From Selaginella moellendorffii (Eukaryota; Plantae; Lycopodiophyta): DNA of 64,000 nt. Below, piece after piece: positions 58,945-64,000 of the stretch. The stretch is from assembly GCF_000143415.4 (NCBI RefSeq), contig NW_003314261.1, forward strand, positions 5,544,360 to 5,608,359. Direction: 5' to 3'. The position numbers and the translations under genes were made by a program. Under the pieces are notes generated by a model, which saw only the letters and a program-made list of their open reading frames with translations, was not told where the DNA came from and searched no databases. Position 1 is the first letter of the stretch. Each line of letters begins with the position of its first letter.

Positions 58945-61900
58945 TCAGCTGCTTGACGCAAAGCTGCTTAGCAGCTGTAGCATCTTCTTGGCAGCATCGC
59001 CCATTGCTCTCTCTTTGTTGGCCATGAAGCAGCTCACTTGTTCCAAGAAACCTTCGCCAGGGATTTCCACTGACACAGTGAACGAGAACCTGGCAGAGAG
59101 CGCAGTAGCAACCATGTCAGTCGGACAAACACGACATTTCCCCGAGCTCACCATCGTCCTTGAGCCACTCCACGCCTTTCCTTTGCCTCGAATTTCGGTG
59201 ATCCCAGCTTTCTCTGGCTGCAAAAGTCTTGCAGGAGAGCTATCGCACAGTTCGTCATCTCTGTTTGCACACAGGCGTCGAGTTTAAGACAGTAGAGTGG
59301 CATGGGGAGCTTTTACCTGTTCTTACCGCAGTCAGTGACTCTAAATCAACGTCCAGGTTGCGAATTGGTACAAAACATTTGGACGAAGTATGAGCTTGAT
59401 TGTGTTCAACTGTAAGGCAGTTCACCTGTTAAACCGCAGAAAGAAAAAGTGGTGGCAACCTTGTCCAGAGTAATCAGTAGTTTCCACGTTCCGTGTATTC
59501 TTCTCAGTTATATCAATCTTTTCTGAAGCATCTAGATAGTAAAGAATAAACTAAAAGAGTGAGATGCAATTAGATACTACGTTACCCTGTCCGGAGCAAT
59601 CAGTAATTGTCAAGTTGCATGTCATCTGCTCCTCAGTTACATCAATTTGAAGTGGCAGCTGTTCTGAAACCTCTGGATAATGAAGAAACAAATAAAAGAA
59701 TGAGAACATCAACAATATGATACCTTGTCCAGAGAAATTGGTAATTTCCATGTTGCATATAGTCTGCTCGTTTGCTCCACTTCTAGGTCGCATTTGTTCA
59801 TCTGGATAGAGGAAAACAAAGATTTGAGAATGAAAAGTAAATCATGTGGATGGATTTTTTCACGAAAGTCTCAAGCTATAGCAACCTTGCATCCCCTTCA
59901 ATTCCAATGCATTTTCGTGTGAAGGAACACCATCTTCTTCTTGAGCTAAAGAGTCCCAACGAGGATGCCGATGGCCAAGGTCCTGCGCTTTCAGCGAGTC
60001 AGATCCACAAGGAACTGAAACAGAGGATTTACCTTAAGCATCGTGAGCAGTTTTTCTGCTACGTCTTTACGTGCATCTTTCTTGTTCTTAATGCTTGAAA
60101 CTTCGGTGAACCTTTGCTCACCAGCTTTTAAAAGTATCTCTGCTGTGGCACCAGAGCTTGATTGGACCCATTCGAATTCCCAGCTCTTATAACTGCACAA
60201 TTCGTGAAACTCTCTAACCGGATGGAATGAGAGCGTCGCCGGTGTCACAAACGGTGACAAAAGCCGCTTCAATACAACCCACAGCTTCTCGAAATCAAAG
60301 CCGGAATCCACAAGTATTGCCCCCGCTACGCTTTCCACGATATCTGCCAGGGCCTGCACAGTCGAGAGCGTCACAAAACGTACCGTAAAACAACTAAAGA
60401 TACTTTACCTTTGGCCCCGAAAGAGCTTTGAACCCAAACATAACACTGCATTCCGGATCTCTGTCTAAAACATCCAGAAATGAAGTTATCTTTGCTCGTA
60501 GTTCTGCGGAGCCGTGTCGAAGGTACGAGTGCAGTCGATGCTTCACTGCAACGCGAGCTAAACAGTCGTTATTGACAGATGCCGAGCGGAGGTCCGAGAG
60601 CAATCCCGGGCTTAAACCGGGGTGTGACGTAAATAGGTGTCGAGTCACAAGAAAATCAAGGACAGCATCCCCGATGAACTCCAACCTCTGAAAATAAAAA
60701 CGGAGATAAATCTGACATTAGTAAACAAACCAGCCGTCTTACCTGGTAGCAGAAAACCGTATCCGGTGTAGAAGCATGCGTGATCGCCTCCAGCAGAAGC
60801 GCCTTGTTCTGGAACGTGTAACAGAGTTCTTTCTCTAACGAAAGCAAGGCAGGCATATGAAACTGAACCGCATCCAAAGGAACAGGGCGATGCTGGCTCG
60901 CTGCGATTAAACCACTGTCGAAATCCACATCTACTTGCAGTGCTTTCATGAACTCCAAAGCACCATCGAAGCCCCCTCCAACAGCATACGCCCCGATCAA
61001 AGCTTCTAAAGCATCCGACGTGGTTTTGGAGCACATCCATCGATGGCCTTGTCCGCAAGTTTTCCCGACGTAGTACGTAGCATCTGTCGGTCTTGGCTTG
61101 CTTGATTCTTTTGTCACAAGGTTGTCCAGTCGACAGCAGCATTTTCTGCTTCTCTGGCGGTACATACCCGCTCCGACCCAGCAGGACGGGTAGAAAGGCT
61201 CGTCCCGAACATACATCTGGGAACAGTGATAAGAGTCTTATATCAGACGGATATATGCTTACCGGTAAATCTTGTGCTACGGCGAGCTTGCGAAGTGTTG
61301 AATTGCATATGGCATGAGACCTTCGATCGGACAGTTCACCTTCGTGCATGGTCGAATGAAGAAGATATAATTTCCTGGTTACAGCGTACTTGAGAACCGA
61401 GTCTCCGAGCAGCTCGAGACCTTCGTATGAGAAACCGTCTTGACAACGCAAGCTTGTGCGTGCCTCGAGGATCTGGGAAAAAGCGTTGTACATGTGGCAA
61501 AGAACGAAAAACATACATACCTTGGAAGCGTGAGCACATGGAAAATGCTTTGTGAACTTTGTCCGAAGTTCGGAGGAGATGATGTACGCGGTAAAGCGAT
61601 ACATAAACGAAGGCACTAGATATAAAGATCGAATCATTGAACTCCTTGCGCCAAGAACGAGACAAAGCTCTGGTGGAATCTCCACAAAGTTTTTCACGAT
61701 GGCAGCTGGTTCTATAAAAGAGACAGGGTGTTCCATTCAGTTAGCTTTCCAAAACGACCGAAATCTAGTACTTTGTTTGTTCTTTCGATCTGGCTCGTGC
61801 AGATGGTTGTGAACGGCATGCGTTGGTTTGACTCGTAGAAAAGGTTGCGTTTGATATCGCAACAATCGCCCATGCCTGAGAAATAGAATGTAAGCAAGCC

Positions 61901-64000
61901 AGGATACAATGAAGTACGTACTTTCTAAGATAGAACTCCTCGTAAGTGCACGGCTCGGACTCTTCGTTTTCTTTAAACGTCGACTGAGCTCCTAAATCCT
62001 CCAAAACTTCGACAATGGAGAAGAGCTTTCCTGTGTGTACTGTAAGAACGACAGCGTCTTGTAGCGCGCCGGGACTCACAGGGCCACTAGCTGTGTAAAT
62101 AAGACCGGTATCGGGTCTCTCCATACAGACCTCGGTCTTGTTCAGCTCGGAGCACAGACTTGGTAGCAACTTGGCAGCGTCTGCACAGCGTGTTACGATG
62201 TTCCAGTCGATATCACAGCTCCCATCAAGAATAGGTAGCAACAAGTACGTCTCCGACCACAATTCATTCGCTTTCTCAGTGGAGGAAAGCAAGCACGTTG
62301 CCAGTGTCCTGTCGTTCTTATCCTCCCGAAACACCAACCTGCTGAACGCTCCGTTAAACATGATCTCTTGATAAGCTTTCGCTGCAGCAAGCTGGTGACA
62401 GCAACAATATAACATCAATAGTAAACAAACAAAGCAAGGCATGATCCCATACCTGGACAGAGTCTACCCGACGTTGCCCAGCAGAGGAAAGTTTCGCTTT
62501 CACAGCTCTGTTCTTGGTGAGATAGAGATTAACTTCAATATTCCCGACGTCGTCGTCAAGGGCGGCATCAAATAAAAGACCAAAATTTGTATACGTTGAG
62601 CCATTCTCCTCCGGATGGAATATGAGAGCATAGATATGCAAAACTATGTCCGTCGAGGTCGTTATCCATTGTCTCTGGTAAGTAGTGGACTTGATAGACG
62701 GAAATAGCTCCTTGAGCTTCGTAGAGCCTGCCTTCACAAGAACCAGGTAAGTAAAGTAAAGAAACACATAAGAACCAGAGTACCTAGTCCCGGACCCTCC
62801 GAAGCCATCTTTTCTTCGCGGACCTCAGGTGGATGTCGTTCGCCTAGTGCCCCCAAAGCGTCCAGCTGCCGGCATGCCTCAAGACATGCTACCTTCTTCG
62901 CAAGCTGCTTGTTTCGCTTTGGAAGCCCTGTGAGTACATGAAGAGGGGCATTCGGAGGAAACGTTATTGTACACGAGAACAACTCCTCGTTATCAGATTC
63001 ACATTTAGTGACTTCGATTTCTGGTTTGGGATTGTAGAATCTGCAATAAAAGTTTGTCAATCTATAACGTTTAGATATCAATACTCTCAGACCTGTCCCC
63101 TGGGAGTTGGCTGCAGTATCTGTAGATAAAAGATACTGCACCATCGGTGCTAATGCATGCTCCAGAGGTCGTGTAGAAGAAGTCCAAGTCCGCGTCGATC
63201 AATGGCGTTATTTCAATAGTTTTGCTCATTCGGGATAATGCTTCGGCCCTCATAAGCTCCTCACTGTTTACCAGTTCCATCAGCAGGCTCTCCTGCTCCA
63301 GGTTACCCCTGATAATGTACGGTGAGAACTTTGCATATTAAAAAAAGAACATCAAACCTTTCAAGAAGAAACATATAGGTTGCGTCTCGTTTCCGTCCCC
63401 GGCCACGCGACTGAATAAAGCTCCTTAGGGTGCGACAAATATCAAACCTCACGACGCAATTGCACGACTGCACGTCGAGACCCTCCTCGGCAACTGATGT
63501 GCAGATTAACACATTCAACTGCTTACAAAAATGAGAACGCATGAAAAGAAAGATCGCTCCTTACCTCCCCACTTTTGAAAGCCTTCACTGTTTCTACATG
63601 CTTCGTGGTGTTGCCATCGGCAGTCACCCCTACAATGTAGCCAGTGCGGCAAAAATCGATAGCTTTAAAGGTGCTCAGGAGCCTGGCAAGCACCTGTGTC
63701 ACGACCACTCTCTCAACAAAAATCATGCATCGAAAAGGCTCAACATTTCTGCCAGAACCAAACAAACAAAAAATCAAACCATTGTATAAACGCTGGCCAA
63801 ATGTCTACCTGTATCTCACTAGAATTTTGAGTAATGCTTTAACTTTTGAAGTTATTAACCCAGAATTGACAGCCTTTTTGGCATCCTCGGGGCTTGATAT
63901 GCTGCTGACGGAGTCTAGGACAGGAAGTCAGTTAAAATTGCTGAAAGACATCTCACAAACCTCCAGGCACAAAACTCTTCAAGATGTTGTAAGCTTCTTT
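58945..64000 (-). CDS. DCL3: Dicer-like protein, DCL3 type; 5' part lies outside the window
   Basis: Helicase-C (TSVAEEGLDVQSCN, FIQSRGRGR), dimerisation domain (YRYCSQLPGD, AKKVACLEAC), PAZ region, RNase IIIa (LELLGDSVLK; GHRWMCSKTTSDALEALIGAY, DCL3-like), RNase IIIb (LEFIGDAVLD, DIVESVAGA), two dsRBD-like segments. Confidence 0.9.

Overview
Eukaryotic plant DNA with very short GT-AG introns (about 45-110 nt) and compact genes. This suggests a lycophyte such as Selaginella, which is an inference. 1-19.6 kb is gene-rich: Harbinger and LINE relics, a germin-like gene, two paralogues of a ~50-aa membrane micro-protein, two unknown or conserved plant proteins, a secreted/GPI-type protein, an unusual plastid-type PPR/DYW fusion, and MIS12. 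19.6-25 kb and 37-58.5 kb are nested, heavily C:G>T:A-mutated Ty3/gypsy elements, solo LTRs with target-site duplications and 5S-bearing Cassandra-like LTRs. A DCL3-like Dicer runs off the right end. The standout is a GC-richer ~11.5-kb unit at 25.3-36.9 kb. It holds a Sola/DUF7869-type DDD transposase with Tnp1/En-Spm-like N-terminal repeats, and a divergently transcribed multi-exon gene with ParB-like, degenerate N4/N6-methyltransferase-like, acidic and FCP1/HAD-like segments. It also carries about 18 copies of a 22-bp palindrome (ATGGCRTG-N6-CAYGCCAT) in the promoter region, micro-introns and coding sequence, which I did not see elsewhere in the window. This looks like a transposon carrying its own ParB/parS-like or VANC-like self-recognition system. 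All domain calls are by eye, without database searches.
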